From Lama glama (Eukaryota): a DNA stretch of 64,000 nt. The DNA lies in NCBI GenBank assembly GCA_028534125.1, contig CM052817.1:83516001-83580000 (forward strand), written 5' to 3'. The position numbers were made by a program, and so were the translations under genes. This document shows, piece by piece, positions 49,145-63,541 of the stretch. The stretch's first letter is position 1. Each line of letters opens with the position of its first letter. The notes below the pieces were generated by a model. It was not told the DNA's origin and ran no database searches. It worked only from the letters and a program-made list of their open reading frames with translations.

Positions 49145-49620
49145 ACCTTTTATTTTGGAATAAGTTTAGATTTACAGAAAAGTTGCAAAGATAATGCAGA
49201 GAGTTCCTGTATATCCTTCACCCAGTTTTCCCCAGATGTTAACATCTTACACAAATACAGTGCACTAATGAAAACTAAGAAATTCATATTAGTACAGTAC
49301 CATCAACAAAACTCCAGACGTTTCTCAGATTTCACCATTCCTCTACTTATGTCCTGTTTCTGTTCTAGGATCTAGTCCAGGATATCATATTGCATTTAGT
49401 CTCCTCTGGTCTGTGACAGTTTCTCAGTCCTTCCTTGTTTTTCATAACCTCAGTCACTTGGCTAAGATGGTATCTGCCAGGTTTCTTCACTGTGAAGCTG
49501 CTATTTTTCACTTTACATACTGTTCTTTGGAAGCACGTCGCTAAGTCCAGTCCACACTAAACAGGAGGAAAGATTACGCTCCATCTCCTGGAGTGGGGAG
49601 AATCTACATATAGTATTAAT
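49145..49620 (-). mobile_element. Old L1M 3' UTR fragment
   Basis: TTTAGATTTACAGAAAAGTTGCAAAGATAATGCAGAGAGTTCC...CCTTCACCCAG. Confidence 0.8.
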
Positions 49621-51811
49621 TTCATTATTAATGAATACTTGCCATGAGAAGTTGGGATTTTTGTTTTATTGTTGTTTTAATAAACTCCCTTCATTCTAAT
49701 AGAACTTATTTCAGAATGCAGTCTTTCCAACTCTGTTAAACTTTCTGACACATTGATCAGTTGTGCTCTTGATGTTTATCTAAATAGGAATTAATCACCT
49801 GTAGTAGGGATAAGGAATCCTCCTGGGAATTCTGAACTGTGGCTTTGAAGGCAGCATCTCCTTTTGGTTCTTAGGTCACCGGCACTTAGCTTGGAACCTA
49901 GCAAATAGAGGTCACTGGAGAAATCTTCCTTTATTGCCACGGGTTGGAAAAATTCAGAAGTATAAGAGCTGTGTCTCATAAAGGTGTAAGTTTCTCCACA
50001 GTTCTGACTCTGCAGGGTGAGAGGAAGGGACCTGTCATTTATTTGGCATTTACCTTGCCAGGCACATTGTTTTATTTGCTGTTGATAACAGCCCTGTGAG
50101 GTAGCTATAATCCATTTTCTAGATGAGGAAAACAAAAACTTAAAAAAGTGAAAAGTCTCAATAGAACAGAGTTTGAACCAAGGTCTGTGACTTCTCAAGT
50201 TCATTTCCTTTTTATTATATGGTTTGCCGCCTTTTACAGACTCCCACATTCATTTATTTGTTTTTATTCCTATCTCTTATCTCCCTTCTTTTAATTTCTT
50301 CCTCTTTTTTTAAAAAAGATTTCTTCCACTTAAAGTGAAATATTTTTAAATCTAGAGGTTAAGAAAATGGGTCTCTTTCATTGCTGGTGGAAATGTGAGT
50401 TGGTATAGTCTTTGGGTAAAGATATATATATATATATGTATCTTTATTAAATACTGATTTCTGCAGGTACAGATAGGTGTGGTCAAAACAATTGATACAT
50501 GATGAATCATCCACAGGAATCGATGCTAAAAGTGCCTAAAATGATGCCACACACTGGGAATCAGCAAGTGCCTAAGAAATGCTAGTTTTGATATCTGGGA
50601 ATAGTTATTTTTTTAACCACTTATAGAGAGTTGAAAATTCTTATATATTATTTTATTTATATAAATATTATCACCCACGGACCAGGGCAGTGGTTAGTTT
50701 CAGATTGACTGATAGAACAGTGCGTTTCTGGGGGTGTTAATTTTCACATTTTGGCTTTTAAGTTAAAAGAACCAGAGTTGCTCACAAACACTGCAGAAAA
50801 CTGAAAATGTCTTCTGACTGAATGATTAGAACACAAATTATACCCTTTCATGCCAGGATATTACAGCTCATGTTTCTGAAAAATCTCTCTCTACATGTTA
50901 GTTTTTCCACTGTGACCAATTTTGCTCTAAAGAATAGCAGCTTGAAAGGTAAGCTGTTCATAGCATTTAACAGGCTAGAGTTTGTAGTTAGGTTTGTTAC
51001 CTTAAGATGAGTATTTTTGTTTTTTAATACTGTTTCAATCATTTTTTTACTTGAAGTATAGTCAGTTTACAATGTATGTTTCAATCATTTTAATAGCAAT
51101 ATTTTTGTTTTTTTCAATGGCCTGCTTCCCAGTTAAAACTTTTTACAATCATGATGAATTGTGTAATATGTAGTTTACTCTTCCTACCACAATTATTCAT
51201 TAAAAGGAATTTTATGGAAATTATAGGCTACAGTAGTGATTACTATTAACTGTGATTATAAACTAGTTGTTTTCAGCAAAGGTTTTAGTTCATGGTGAGT
51301 TAATGCTTTTTTTTTTTTTTTTTGAAAATTTATTGTATACACAAAGTCTCTTAATGCTGGTAGACTTTAGTTTTTGTTTTAACATGTCAGCCATGCTGAA
51401 TAATTATGGAAAGAGGATGTTTTTCTGTACAGTTTCTGAATGTCTTATGTCTCTGGATATAATTGCATAATCAACTACTAATGTAAATTATTGTCCAGTG
51501 AAATTGTCTAAAGTGAACAATAATCACACAGGGGCTAAATTAGATTTAAAAACAAAACAGAACCTTAGATTCTAGCAGGGGGCCATTTCTCTTTTTTTAT
51601 TTGTTTTCTTTTCTATCTGTATGCCATCTTGATCCCTTCTCCAACCTCCGTTCTTCAAGGCTCTATAGAAAATAATGTTGATGCTTACAATACGTTAGAA
51701 ACAGTAAGGAGACTTTGAAATAATCAAAGAATTTTCGCCCTTCCCATATCCATGTTCCCCACACTCCCACACCTCCTGCTGGAAAGACATAACTGTTTTT
51801 CTTATGTTTGA

Positions 51812-52390
<579 letters not shown>

Positions 52391-53439
52391 TAAGTGCTGC
52401 TGGTGAGCATTAGTCCTTGTTTGGGGGGATTAATGACTGATGATGCCTCGTGAGGAAAGTGATCAAAACAGAAATATACCCAGAGTCTCAACAAATTAAG
52501 GACTACTTTACATTTGGGACAACAGTGTAATTGTAAGGATGGTGTACTACAAGGTACAGTGTTCTTAAGACAAACACTTTAGTGTGTTGAATATACGTGT
52601 GTGCCTCGTTTAGGCCAGGGAACAGCTTAAGTAATTTTTGAGATTTTATATAATTTTGTTTCATCTTGGTTGTACTTGCTGACAAGAAAAAGAAAATGAG
52701 TTGATTGTGACAAGAAAAAGAAAATAAGTTGACAGTGATAATTTAGGTTTGAATGACGTATATCCAATAACATGATATAAAAATATGTAATTTATGAATA
52801 AAAATACTTTAAAATTGTATGTTTGCACTTGAGTACACTAAGTTTTTGGAGTGGTTTTAAACTATTTCCTTTGGCATATTTAGCAACAGTGGTGTTGTAC
52901 ATAAATTTCCTCTTAAGGGTGTTAGTCATAAAATATCTCACCAATTTTGAGGGGAAAATAATAAATTCACAAGTTACTTTGAATATATGTTAAGATGAGC
53001 ATTTTGTGTTGCTGATACATTTTAAGCTGTTGGATATGTTTGAGTTAGTAGCAACTTTAGTACTTAAAGATAGATTAGTCAAAGATGAGAATATATTACT
53101 AATGAAACTTAAAGGTATTAACAGTTCTCAAAGCTGGCAGTCTCAAGATGACCCAGCCTAAAACATTTTGATAAAAACTTTTATAGATACTTTAGAAGCA
53201 TTTAAAAATATTTCTTACTTTAAGTCCAAATTTTGTTTGTTTATTGATTCAACCAATAATTTTTTGAGCATCCACGAAGTACCAGGAATACAAAGATGAC
53301 TCTGATGATCCAGTTTCTTCTCTTAAGGAGCTCATACAATGGTGGAAAAGGTGGGTCAGAAATCAGCGGTTTCCCACAGTGTGATAAGTGCTGTGATAGG
53401 GGTTTGCAAGGAGGAATCCTGCAGGAAGGGCATCCGTGC

Positions 53440-54095
53440 AAAGTGTGTGCTCCAAACGGTTGCAACAAGATCCCACATTCTCTCCTTACAATGTAATGTT
53501 GATACTCCTCCCAGGCAGAATTATGGTCTATGTGTCTCTGTGTCCCTCCCCCAACCGCTGCCTTGAGTCTGGGTGGGCTTGTGACTACAGCTTAAGTGGT
53601 TCTGTGTGACTGAAGTGAGCTCATAAAAAGTGGTGCAGCTCCTGCCTGTCACCATGCCGGCAGGAAGGCCTGGCCACGTGACGAGGCCATGAGTAGTGAT
53701 CTGGCCGAGACCCCAGCCTCCCTGCAGCAAAGGCCACCAGACATGAGTGAAGACGCCTTCCAGGTAAATCCAGCCCCAACCACCGTTTGGCTGTGACTGC
53801 GTGACGAGCCCTGAGTGAGAACCTCAGCTGAGCCCTGTCAACCCCAGAACTGGGGGAGAGAATAAACGGTTGTTGTTTGTTTGTTTTCTTTTTTTTATAA
53901 TTGAGATATAATTAACATAACATTTGGTTAGTTTCAGGTATACAACATAATGATTTTACATTGTGTATATAGCGACATTGTCATCACAATAGGTCTAGTT
54001 AACATCCATCTCCACACATGGCTACGAACGATGGTTGTTGTTTTAAGCTGCTGAGCTTTTTGGGAGATTGATTGTGCAGCAGTGGATACCTGCAA
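53440..54095 (+). mobile_element. MaLR LTR (MLT1-like) interrupted by an antisense L1 tail (53879-54032)
   Basis: CCACCAGACATGAGTGAAGACGCCTTCCAG...CTGAGCCCTGTCAACCCCAGAAC...AATAAA. The insert is flanked by GGTTGTTGTTT at 53868-53878 and 54033-54043. Confidence 0.8.
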
Positions 54096-55864
54096 CGGGA
54101 GCGAGCGTGTACTTACATCCTCTCAGTCCTCAGCTTCCTTTTTTGTAAAATGATGGAACTGGACTGAAATATCTCCAGTGTTTGTTCTTTTAGTTCTGTC
54201 AAAGCAGGCCAGAATTCCTGCTTATGAAATCCTGCCTGGTTGTTGCCAACCACGATAATTTTAGGATCCCACATGCTGGGATACTCCAGCTTAAGGCATT
54301 CTCTTTATGCTTACCTGGGGCCTCTGCCTGGAATGCCTATTTGGGCTGAGTTATAGCCAAGTCTCTAAAATTCTTTTTACCCTTTTCTCTTGAAACCTTG
54401 TGGAGAGATGGTTATGACCTATGAAACTCTTTAGTCCATATTTCCTCTCCCCTGATACTCCAGTCTGAGTATCCAGCTGAGCCTTTTAGGACTGCCGGTT
54501 ACCTCTAGGCATGATCTCTGCACCATCTGTAATGGGAGAAAGGAGAACGAACCAGAGAGAGGAAGAGACTCCCAAAACACTACTAAAATAACTTAAAGAT
54601 ACACAAGGTGCTAGAGTCTACTTTTTAACCTGAGTGCAATAGTGACATGGGTATGTTCGCTTTGCGATAATTCATTGTATTGTACTCCTACAATTTGTGC
54701 ACTTCCCTGCATATGTTAAATAGCAGTAAAAAATTAGAAAATGAGGCTCATTCCAAGTTTGTAATGGAAAAGTTTATAATTTACTAATAAGTAGAAAAGG
54801 AAATTTGTCAGAACAAATTGACCATTTTATCTTTGGTACATAGCAAAATGCTTGGCTCATACTAAATCCTCAAAAAGCATTTACTGAGTGAATGAATAAA
54901 CTATGTAAAAAGAAAATATGCAGGGACCACAGTTAGAAGTTAATATAAATACAGCAAAATGCTAATAGTGTTGGGTAAGTGTTGAAGCATTATGGGTGAT
55001 TATTTTCTCTACTCATTCAAGATTTTAATTTGATGATTATGTTCTGTATTTTTTAAATTATATACTTTGGGGATAAAGAATGGATGATTTTCATGTCATG
55101 TTGGGTTTGCTAATCCCACAAGATGCTCCTGTGATATAATTTCTGACGTGCCTCTTTCATAGTGACATTTTGCACTACAGTCACCCCACAGGCAGGCGTA
55201 TCATGAAAACTTTGTCCTGGTCAGTGCAGTTTGCTCAGGATGACCTCTGCCATTGTCTGGCTGGAGGATGACCCACCATTGACTTAAGTCCCTTGGTACA
55301 GTGAGACTGGTTCCTCTTCCTTCTTTCTTTTCACAACAGCAGATTCTATTCTGATTCTTCTTTGCTGGGTTCCTGGGAGTTTTGCTACCTTTTTTGGTGC
55401 CATTTTTGCTGTTCCTGCTGCCAGGGGCTTGCATGTTTGTTTTTATATTCTGTTTTTGTGTTTTTCTTAAAGTTTAATAGCTGATAGCTCATGGACTACC
55501 TGTTGCCAGCCCCTGTCTTGGTCTAGAGCAAATGTTAGTACCCCTTTTTTCCACATCCTAAAAACTGCACATCACCTCAGTGATTTATTTTTTCTTGAAG
55601 TGTACCCATTTAAATGTTGGTCATTTTCACTAGGTATTTTTTGAGGATTGGAAAGGATAGGGTTAGAGAAATTACACATTAATGTTCTAAACACTTACAC
55701 CCCTGAACACTATTTCTGGGAAACAATAAAGTTTTTATTTCAAAGTCTTTTTGTGTTAGCTTCTAATGTTCTCACCTGTGATCACTGAATAAATTTATTT
55801 TGTATAACACCTGTGCTGTTTCTCTTTTAATTAAAATTTTTTGAAGTATTTTTTAGTTTACTTT

Positions 55865-56260
55865 TTAAAAAATCTTTTTAATTGAGGTATAACTCCATTC
55901 ATAACATGCACACATCGTAAGTGTATACTCAGTAAATTTTGACATATGTATATAACTGTGTAACTACCACCCAGGTCAAGATACAGAATGTTTTCAGTAC
56001 CCAGAACACTCCACATCAGTCCCCGTTCCCAAAGGGTATCTTCCAAAAGTCAGAAGTTTTCTATCAATAAAAGTTGTTGAACTTCATGTAAATGGGTATA
56101 TGGTATGGAAGTATGTGGTGTGTATTCTCTTGTTTCTGTTTTCTTTAGCTTATAATCTATGAGAAATAGCCGTGTTGTCACTACGTAGCATTCTGTTGCA
56201 TGAATATATGCTGTTTATTTTTCCATCCCACTGTTGATAGACATTTGGGTTGTTCCTAGT
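55865..56260 (-). mobile_element. Old L1M 3' end
   Basis: TTTTAATTGAGGTATAAC...TGTGTAACTACCACCCAGGTCAAGATACAGAA...GTTGATAGACATTTGGGTTGTT. Confidence 0.75.
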
Positions 56261-56879
56261 GAAAACAGTTGAAATGCTCTTTTGAAAAGACAGATTTGGT
56301 TTTTATGAACGCATAATGTATGGTTTTGTTCTCTAATAATTTGCAGACTGTTATCTGGTACACATTTTTGTTGTCTTCTGTAATAGTTGTAAAATTTCAA
56401 TATTCTTAATGAAAGTAACTCTGCTTGTGTGTCTTTCCTCTCTCACCATCACTTTTCTCCCCACATTTTTATCTGTGGTACTTGATCCACCAGTAAAGGA
56501 AAGGCTGAAGCAGTGAGTTCACTGGAAAGACAGGCTTAGAGTTTTTAGGCCTTTGTTGAGGGCTTCTGGTGCAGTTATTTCCCTCTACAGATGAGCACCT
56601 AAAGGATTGCGTGACTTACCCGAGAGCGGCCAGCCAGTGATAAAGCTGGGACCCATGTGTTGTGAATTCCACACAGAGAGCTTTCACTTGCCATGTTGCT
56701 CACTTGGATGGGCAGGGAAAGTGCCAAAAGATTTCTCCTTAATGAGAAAGAAAATAAATGGCTTAATCCTTTCAAAATGTAATTTGGAACCCATTATTAA
56801 GTTACAGCAGTGTAGTTACTGTTCACCCCAGTGAGTCCATTTTGAGACATTTATCCTAAAGAAATAACCTAAAACACAT

Positions 56880-57200
56880 CTGCAGACCACAGCCAGCAGG
56901 TCAAGTCAGGCCCACCACCTGTTCTTACACAGTCTGCAAACTGAGAATGGTTTTAACCGGTTATAGTGGTTAAAAAAATAAAAATAAATAGAGTGATATT
57001 TTATGATATATGAAAATTATATGAAGTTCAAATATCAGTGTCCATAAATAAAATCTTATTAGAGCACAGCCACATTCATGCATTTATTGCTGCTCTCAAG
57101 CTACAGTGCCAGAGTTGAGTTGCGACAAAGACCATGTGGCCTGCAGAGCCTAAACTATTTGCTAATCTGATCTTTACAGAAAAAGCTTTTTGCCTCCAGA
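56880..57200. mobile_element. MER58-like hAT-Charlie DNA transposon
   Basis: TGAAAATTATATGAAGTTCAAATATCAGTGTCCATAAATAAA...CACAGCCAC...GACCATGTGGCCTGCAGAGCCTAAA...TTTACAGAAAAAG. Confidence 0.8.
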
Positions 57201-58070
57201 TGTAAAAAGAGGAAGCACTATGTGCATGAAAACATGTATTGAAGCATTTTTTTAGTAAAAATAAAAAGGAAAAAGTATGAAAATGTACAGTTATTCAAGT
57301 TGTAATTAAATAAATTGATGTTATTTGACAATTAAAATTATAATTCTAAGAACTATATACCAGCATAAAAATTCTTCCTATTTGAGAAGTTTAAAAGGAC
57401 AGAAATCCTCAATGTCTCATTTGTGTCAACAGAGGTAAAGACTAAAGATAATTTGCAAAAACAATCAGGGCTATAGTGCTGGGGTCACTGATAATTTTTA
57501 CAACATTTCTGTAGTATTATTTTCTATTTAATGACAAATAAAAGCCTTACACTAGTTTCTTATCCAGCATCTTTAGAGAATGTGATATTTTACTTAATAT
57601 TCTAAATGATAGTTAAAATATATGAGCTACCATTATTCAAGGACTTCAAGAATGGTAGTTTGGGAAGGACCTTAATTTTGTCTACTTTAGTGTTTGTATA
57701 TTATAGATGAGAGGTTGATATTGAAGTTTAAAAAATAGAATAATTTTTATTCTTTGAAAACTTAAGAAGTCAGTAAATACACTAACTTGAATGTATAAAA
57801 TGGCAGTATGTAACTGTGTTTCAAAAACCAGATTCTTTCCCCTCTGAAGTGAAATTCAGCTTAATTTAAATGATCAAATTAAATTCACAATCTGATCCCA
57901 TGCCACTGCCTCATCCGTATTTCCCAGTCCTTCTGTACATAAATACCCGCTTCTAACAAGCCTGATTTATTTTCCTTATGACCTCTCAATGTACCTTGTA
58001 CATCTGTTCTTTAGCATTCATTGACTCTCATTTGGTGCTTAGACAAGGTTGCTTTATATTGTTAAGCAGG

Positions 58071-58527
58071 TGTATTAATTTTCTATTGCTGCTGTGACAA
58101 ATTACCACAAACTTAGTGATTTAAAACAGCACAAGTTTGTTATCTTGTAGTTCTGGATGTCAGAAGTCTTAAATGTTTTTCTGCACTAAAATCAAAGTGT
58201 CTACAAAGCTGCATTCCTTCTAGAGGCTACAGGGGAGAACCCGTTTCCTTGGCCAGCTTCTAGAGGCCACCTACATTCCTTGCCATGTGGTAGCTTCCTC
58301 CATCTTTAAAGCCAGCAGCATAGCATCTTCAAGTCTCTCTTTCTCCTGCCTCCTTCCTATAATAACCCTGTGATCACATTGGGCTCACTTGGATAATCTC
58401 CCAATCTCAAGATCCTTAATTTGACTACATCTGCAAAGTTCCTTTACCCATGTAAAGTAACACATTCACAGACTTCAGAGGTTAGGATGTGGGCATTTTT
58501 GGAGGACAGTTCTTCTGCCTACTACAG
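58071..58527 (-). mobile_element. MaLR LTR (MLT1C-like), near full length
   Basis: TGTATTAATTTTCTATTGCTGCTGTGACAAATTACCACAAACTTAGTG...ACATCTGCAAAG...CTGCCTACTACA. Confidence 0.88.
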
Positions 58528-59939
58528 TGTGTGTGTTTTGTAAAATGTGAGTTTTAATTTTTTTTAATATATGCTTATTGTAGACCATTTCGAAAATGTA
58601 ATTAAACAAAAAATATAAAAAGCCCAATTACCCAAAGGCAGCATTTTGATATGTATCCTTTCTTTTTCCTACATTTATGTGTAATAATTTTATTTCAAAA
58701 TTTCTTAAACTGTATATCCTTTGTGTATAGCATATTCATTTCATATATGGAAGAGTAAGCAAACTTTACATATATATTTTCATAGTATTTGGTGCCTTAT
58801 GTAGGAGCCCTTCAGTACATATTTATTGTTTGATATTAAGTAGATGCTGAGAAACTGATGAGTTTTCTCAAATTCACTTTACGCTGAAGAGTTGATTTAA
58901 ACATTGTGATAAATTGATTCCTTTCTTTATGTTTTATTTGATTCTTGAATTTATCTCTTTATACATTTTCCCCCTTATTTCTACCCATCCATAATCCCAA
59001 GGTAATTTCTTATTCAACGATTCAAACCAATTCATGCAGTTCATTTCCTTTCAGCCTTTGAAGTGGGACTATGCATACTAATGACTCCCATGCACTTGTT
59101 GAAAAGAACTTTCCTGGAGTGCAGGCTGCCCACTGCAGTGATGTGATGTCCAGGAAGCCTGCCATCTCTGAGTCGCTTCACAGAGATCCTCAGAAAAACC
59201 TGAGGAAAGCAAATATCTGGGGAATGAGAAGTGGATATAATACTTCTTTCGTAGAAAGAGACAATTTTCTACTAAACATTTAAAACTATTATGTATATAC
59301 TGCACTTGTTCTAAAATTTATTTTCGTATCTTTTGTGATGATACATGTCTCCTATTTTTAGTGGTTTGTTGGACATGATGCTTTCAGATGATAGTTCAGT
59401 TAACACTAAACTACAGAACTGTATTTGTTAGGGTTTGGAGGGAAAAAAAAAGTCATGTGGGACATTATCTAATGGAGTTTTAGTTTAAAGGAACAAGTTT
59501 TAAAATGGTTTCACTATGTTGGTGTCGTGAGGATAGCATAATCTACTGACGGCAGACCTCATAGTTAGACTGGTCTAAGTGGTTTTGTTTTACATCGGTG
59601 CTCCTATATTTTGTTCGTCATTCTTACCTGAGAGCAGACAGCTAGGCAAAGATGAAGAGACTGTCTAAAAATACTTTTTACATCTTTCTTACTATGCTCC
59701 TCGAGAGAGGTTCAAATTAAGTCTAATGTGTACAGCATAATGATTTGCCTTATACGTCATGAAATGATTACCACAGTATGTTTCGTGAACATTTATCATT
59801 TCATATTGATATGAAATTAAATAAATAGAAAAAATTACTGTGTGATGAGAACTCAGGATTTATTCTCTTAACAATTTTGATACATAATGTACAGCAGTGA
59901 TAATTATATTTATGTTGTATGGTACATTCCTAGTACTTT

Positions 59940-60060
59940 CTTTTTTTAAACAAATGTTGGCTATTTATCTATTTATTACTTTTTTTTAAATGGAGATCGT
60001 GGGGATTGAACCCAGGACCTCGTGCATGCTAAGCACATACTCTACCACTAAGCTACATGC
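59940..60060 (-). mobile_element. tRNA-derived SINE nested in an L1 3'-end fragment (about 59715-60240)
   Basis: GGGGATTGAACCCAGGACCTCGTGCATGCTAAGCACATACTCTACCACTAAGCTACA, flanked by AGTACTTT repeats. Confidence 0.85.
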
Positions 60061-60289
60061 AGTACTTTTTATGTTATAACTGGGGGTTTGTACCTTTTTG
60101 ACCAACTTCATCCAATTCTTCCATCTCCCTACCACCTGTGGCAACCACAAATCTGATATCTTTTTCTATGAGTTTGTTTTTGAAGTACAATTGGCTTACA
60201 ACACCGTGTTAGTTCCTATTACACACCACCGAGCTATAACTATATATACATTTCTTACTTTTAAGAAGAACTACTGGATTGGTCAACCT

Positions 60290-60858
60290 GCTGCAATAGC
60301 GGACCATCGTGTGTGGCTTGGTGGAACTCTCACCTGCAGAACTCTCAACTGAATACCATCTCTTGAGCCTCTAAACCTAGTGTAGGCCATGCAAGCTTTC
60401 ATGAGCATGGCCTAAGAAACTCCTCCTGCTCATTCCTCACTTAATCCCTTTCCCATGTGATCAAGTATAAAGGTGAGCAAGGAAAGAAGGGAGAGGGAGG
60501 AACAGCAGTAGCCAGAGTAACACCAATTTCTTCTGTTCCCCAACCTTCATTCCCACAGGGCATGAGGAAGAGGGCCAGGTGACACCTCTATACATAGTGG
60601 GTTGCATTAAAGGAGAAGAACTTTGAGCTTAGGGAGCATGAATCTTTTATAAAGAACAATTATTAACAGTAAGATATTGAGGGAGACACTATCCTTATTG
60701 TACTGTTTACATTTGCCCTGGAGGGAGACATTGTCTTGTCCAAAACTGTTCACCATACAAGCATCCTTGAAAAGATAATACAGAACAAAGACTTTCAGGG
60801 CCTGGGCTTGTGTGGTGTACAGAAACGTGAGAGACCAATGGAGTATTGTCTACCAACA
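60290..60858 (-). mobile_element. ERV1-class LTR (MER39/MER34-like)
   Basis: GAGGGAGACATTGTC...CATCCTTGAAAAGATAATACAGAACAAAG...GAGAGACCAATGGAGTATTGTCTACCAACA terminus. Confidence 0.65.
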
Positions 60859-60889
60859 CTGTTTTATCTATATATATGTTTATTATCTT

Positions 60890-61010
60890 AAACTCCACGT
60901 GGGTAGAGATTTTTGTCTGTTTTGTTCAATTCTGGATCTGCCGTGCCTAGAGCAGTGCCTAGCATACAGTAGGTGCTCAATAAGTATTTGTTGGGTGAAT
61001 TAATGAATAG
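60890..61010 (+). mobile_element. L2 3' end
   Basis: GTGCCTAGAGCAGTGCCTAGCATACAGTAGGTGCTCAATAAGTATTTGTTGGGTGAAT. Confidence 0.8.
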
Positions 61011-61767
61011 ATGAGTATGAATTATTTAATCAATTTCCTAATGATATATTTAGGAATGATGAGAAAAAATAACCTTGGTATGTGCATATTTCTATTAATA
61101 TAGCTCACTGGTGTTTAGATACTACCTTTATGTTGTGAAAGTAAATTTCCATTTTAACAGTGATCTTTATTATATTAAAGCCACTAAATTTGATAATATA
61201 CACATTTAAAGAGAAGCCATGGAAAAGGAGATATATACTAAAACATGTTATGGGTTTTGATGTGGTTGGGGACTTTTGAAACAAAGAGCTGTGTGTAGAC
61301 ACAGATCAGCAATAGCAGTGAATACCCAGCTTATTGAGTTATGATGTACCACATGGATTTAATTAAAATTTCAGCTGCATTTTTTCACTATGGGTCTAAG
61401 TGGTTAGATTCAATTTTGTTAAGTGCAGGACTTGGTTTACGCTACAAATTTTCCATTTGTCCCTTGGGTTTATGTAATTCTCCTAGTTGTACCAAAAATG
61501 AAAATATTCATCCCTTTAAATATTCATAGGTTATATTTAGTTGTGGTGCAATGTTGGGCTGCATTTAATTTAAGAAAGAGTGGAGTGGGAAGTTCCCTCT
61601 GCCACTACTGAGCTTTACAACCTTGGACAAGTCCCCGAATGTCTGTACCATATTTTCCGTTCTACTTTGAGGAGATCAGAATAGATGCTTTTTTAATGTT
61701 CCCATTCTAGATCTTTTTCTGTTTTGGATATTCACGCATTTATCGTTCATTATGATTCTGTTTTCAG

Positions 61768-61853
61768 GTGATGTCCTTGTTGCTGTGAACGATGTAGATG
61801 TGACCTCTGAGAACATAGAGAGAGTTCTGTCTTGCATTCCTGGACCTATGCAG
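61768..61853 (+). CDS. INTU: INTU coding exon 3 ([29 protein letters not shown]), PDZ domain continuation; gene continues beyond the window
   Basis: TTTTCAG acceptor, 86 nt, CAG|GTGGAC donor. It completes the PDZ-type motif GDVLVAVND in frame with exon 2. Confidence 0.96.
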
Positions 61854-62708
61854 GTGGACATTGTTTTTCTGTGTTTTATGATGAATTATATGAAATAAGT
61901 ATATCGTGCTATTTTTTTTTTTATTCTGAAGGTAGTCATGTATAATGGGTAAGTTATACTTACACTCTTGGATAATTTTCAAATGCTTGTTAACGTTTTT
62001 AGCTTTTGGAGATTGTTCCAAAGAGAGAGAGAAATATCTACAAATATCGAGTCATGCAGGAACAAGAACAATACTAAAAATATATATAATGACCAACTTT
62101 GCATTATAAGTACCATATGTGCTGATGAGAGTCCAATTCCTAGAAAAGTCATTTAAGACAGTCATGGAATTTTCTATTCTCTTAAACTCTAGTTTCTATA
62201 AAGTTTTTTAATGTAGTTTTAAACTACATTTTAAAAACTATTCTATTTTGTTGAGTTTTTTCATTACCTAGTTTAGCCTCACTGCTGAGCTTTTGTTTAG
62301 CTACTTAATGAATTATTTTTCATTCCTTCTAGGTAAAAATAAATCTCTTTCTTCAGTTACACTCTAAGCATTGACATTTTGTATTACTGATGACATTTTT
62401 TAGGTCATTAGATGTAGTCTTAAAATGCTGTACTTCCTATTTGTGAATGTGCTGCTCCTGTTAACATCAGGAATTGGCTTTCTCTCTTTGAAGAGGTGTG
62501 GAGGATGATACGCTTTTGCTGGCTAGAGACTCCGTCAGGCGGTGAGAGGATGAAACAGTTTTTGGATTGATGAGGATGAAAAACAGAAGGCTTGATAAAT
62601 CAGAATCTTATCTGTATCTGATAGGAGATTCTGAAATAATAGGTCCCATGATGATAATTCTTGTTTTCTGAGAAACAAGGTTTCTCTTATGTTCACTTCC
62701 TTCTCCCA

Positions 62709-62783
62709 ATACACAGACACACAGACACAGACACACACACAGACACACACACGCACACACACGCACACACGCACACACACACA
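62709..62783. repeat. Interrupted (CA)n microsatellite in INTU intron 3
   Basis: ACACAG/ACAC/ACGC units directly visible. Confidence 0.95.
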
Positions 62784-63442
62784 GATGCTCAGTAACCTTA
62801 GCTAGCGTTGGAAATGCCAAATGATAGTGCTAGAATAATTGTGGCAACTGGCAACCAGCAATGCCTAGGCGTGGATAGAGAGATGGAGATGGAGACGGGG
62901 TGGTGTTTGAAATAATAGCAGTCTGGTGACACCAGGCCTAGTGCCGGAGTAGGGTGTGCTGTTACCCCTTCAGCTGCTAGAGGAAAGGGAGCAAGAAGGG
63001 GGGCAAAGGTACTGGGGCACCTCAGGGGGCTCAGACGGCAGCTACTTACCATTCAGTAATGAAGAATTACAGTGTTTTAACAACTGAAACAGCCTCCCCC
63101 ATGTACACTGGCTGCACCTCAGCCCTGAGTCAGGGCTCCTCCTTTCTCGCCCATGTCAGTTGCAGGTGTACTGCCGGAGTTCAGCCACATCCTTTCTGTC
63201 TGCAAAAAAAGAGTTATGTTTCCAGTGGAGTTACATTGTATGTATATTTAATTAACATTTGCAAATTCAGCTATGCACACTTGGCAGAAAAAAGAGGAGA
63301 AAGAAATAATGATTTAAATATTTTGGCCCAATTTCACCCACCATTTCCATGTCCTCATTGAGCATGAAATAGGAGTTGTGTATCTGCTGTTTGCCTAGTT
63401 CGCCTTACAGCTGCATTAAGTGTGCTTCTATGTTCAAACAAA

Positions 63443-63541
63443 TGTGTATGTGTATATACAAGACATATATATATAAAATATATATATGTTTTCATGTATA
63501 TGTATGTGTGTGTGTGTATATATATATACATATATATATAA
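63443..63541. repeat. (TA)n/(TG)n low-complexity repeat
   Basis: Directly visible. Confidence 0.9.

Noticed and set aside
60383..60414. Short hairpins (TAGGCCATGC...GCATGGCCTA; also 660-678 and 62210-62230) as miRNA or structured RNA
   Set aside because: Stems of 8-10 bp are too short for pre-miRNA and are plausible by chance; the first lies in or beside an LTR.
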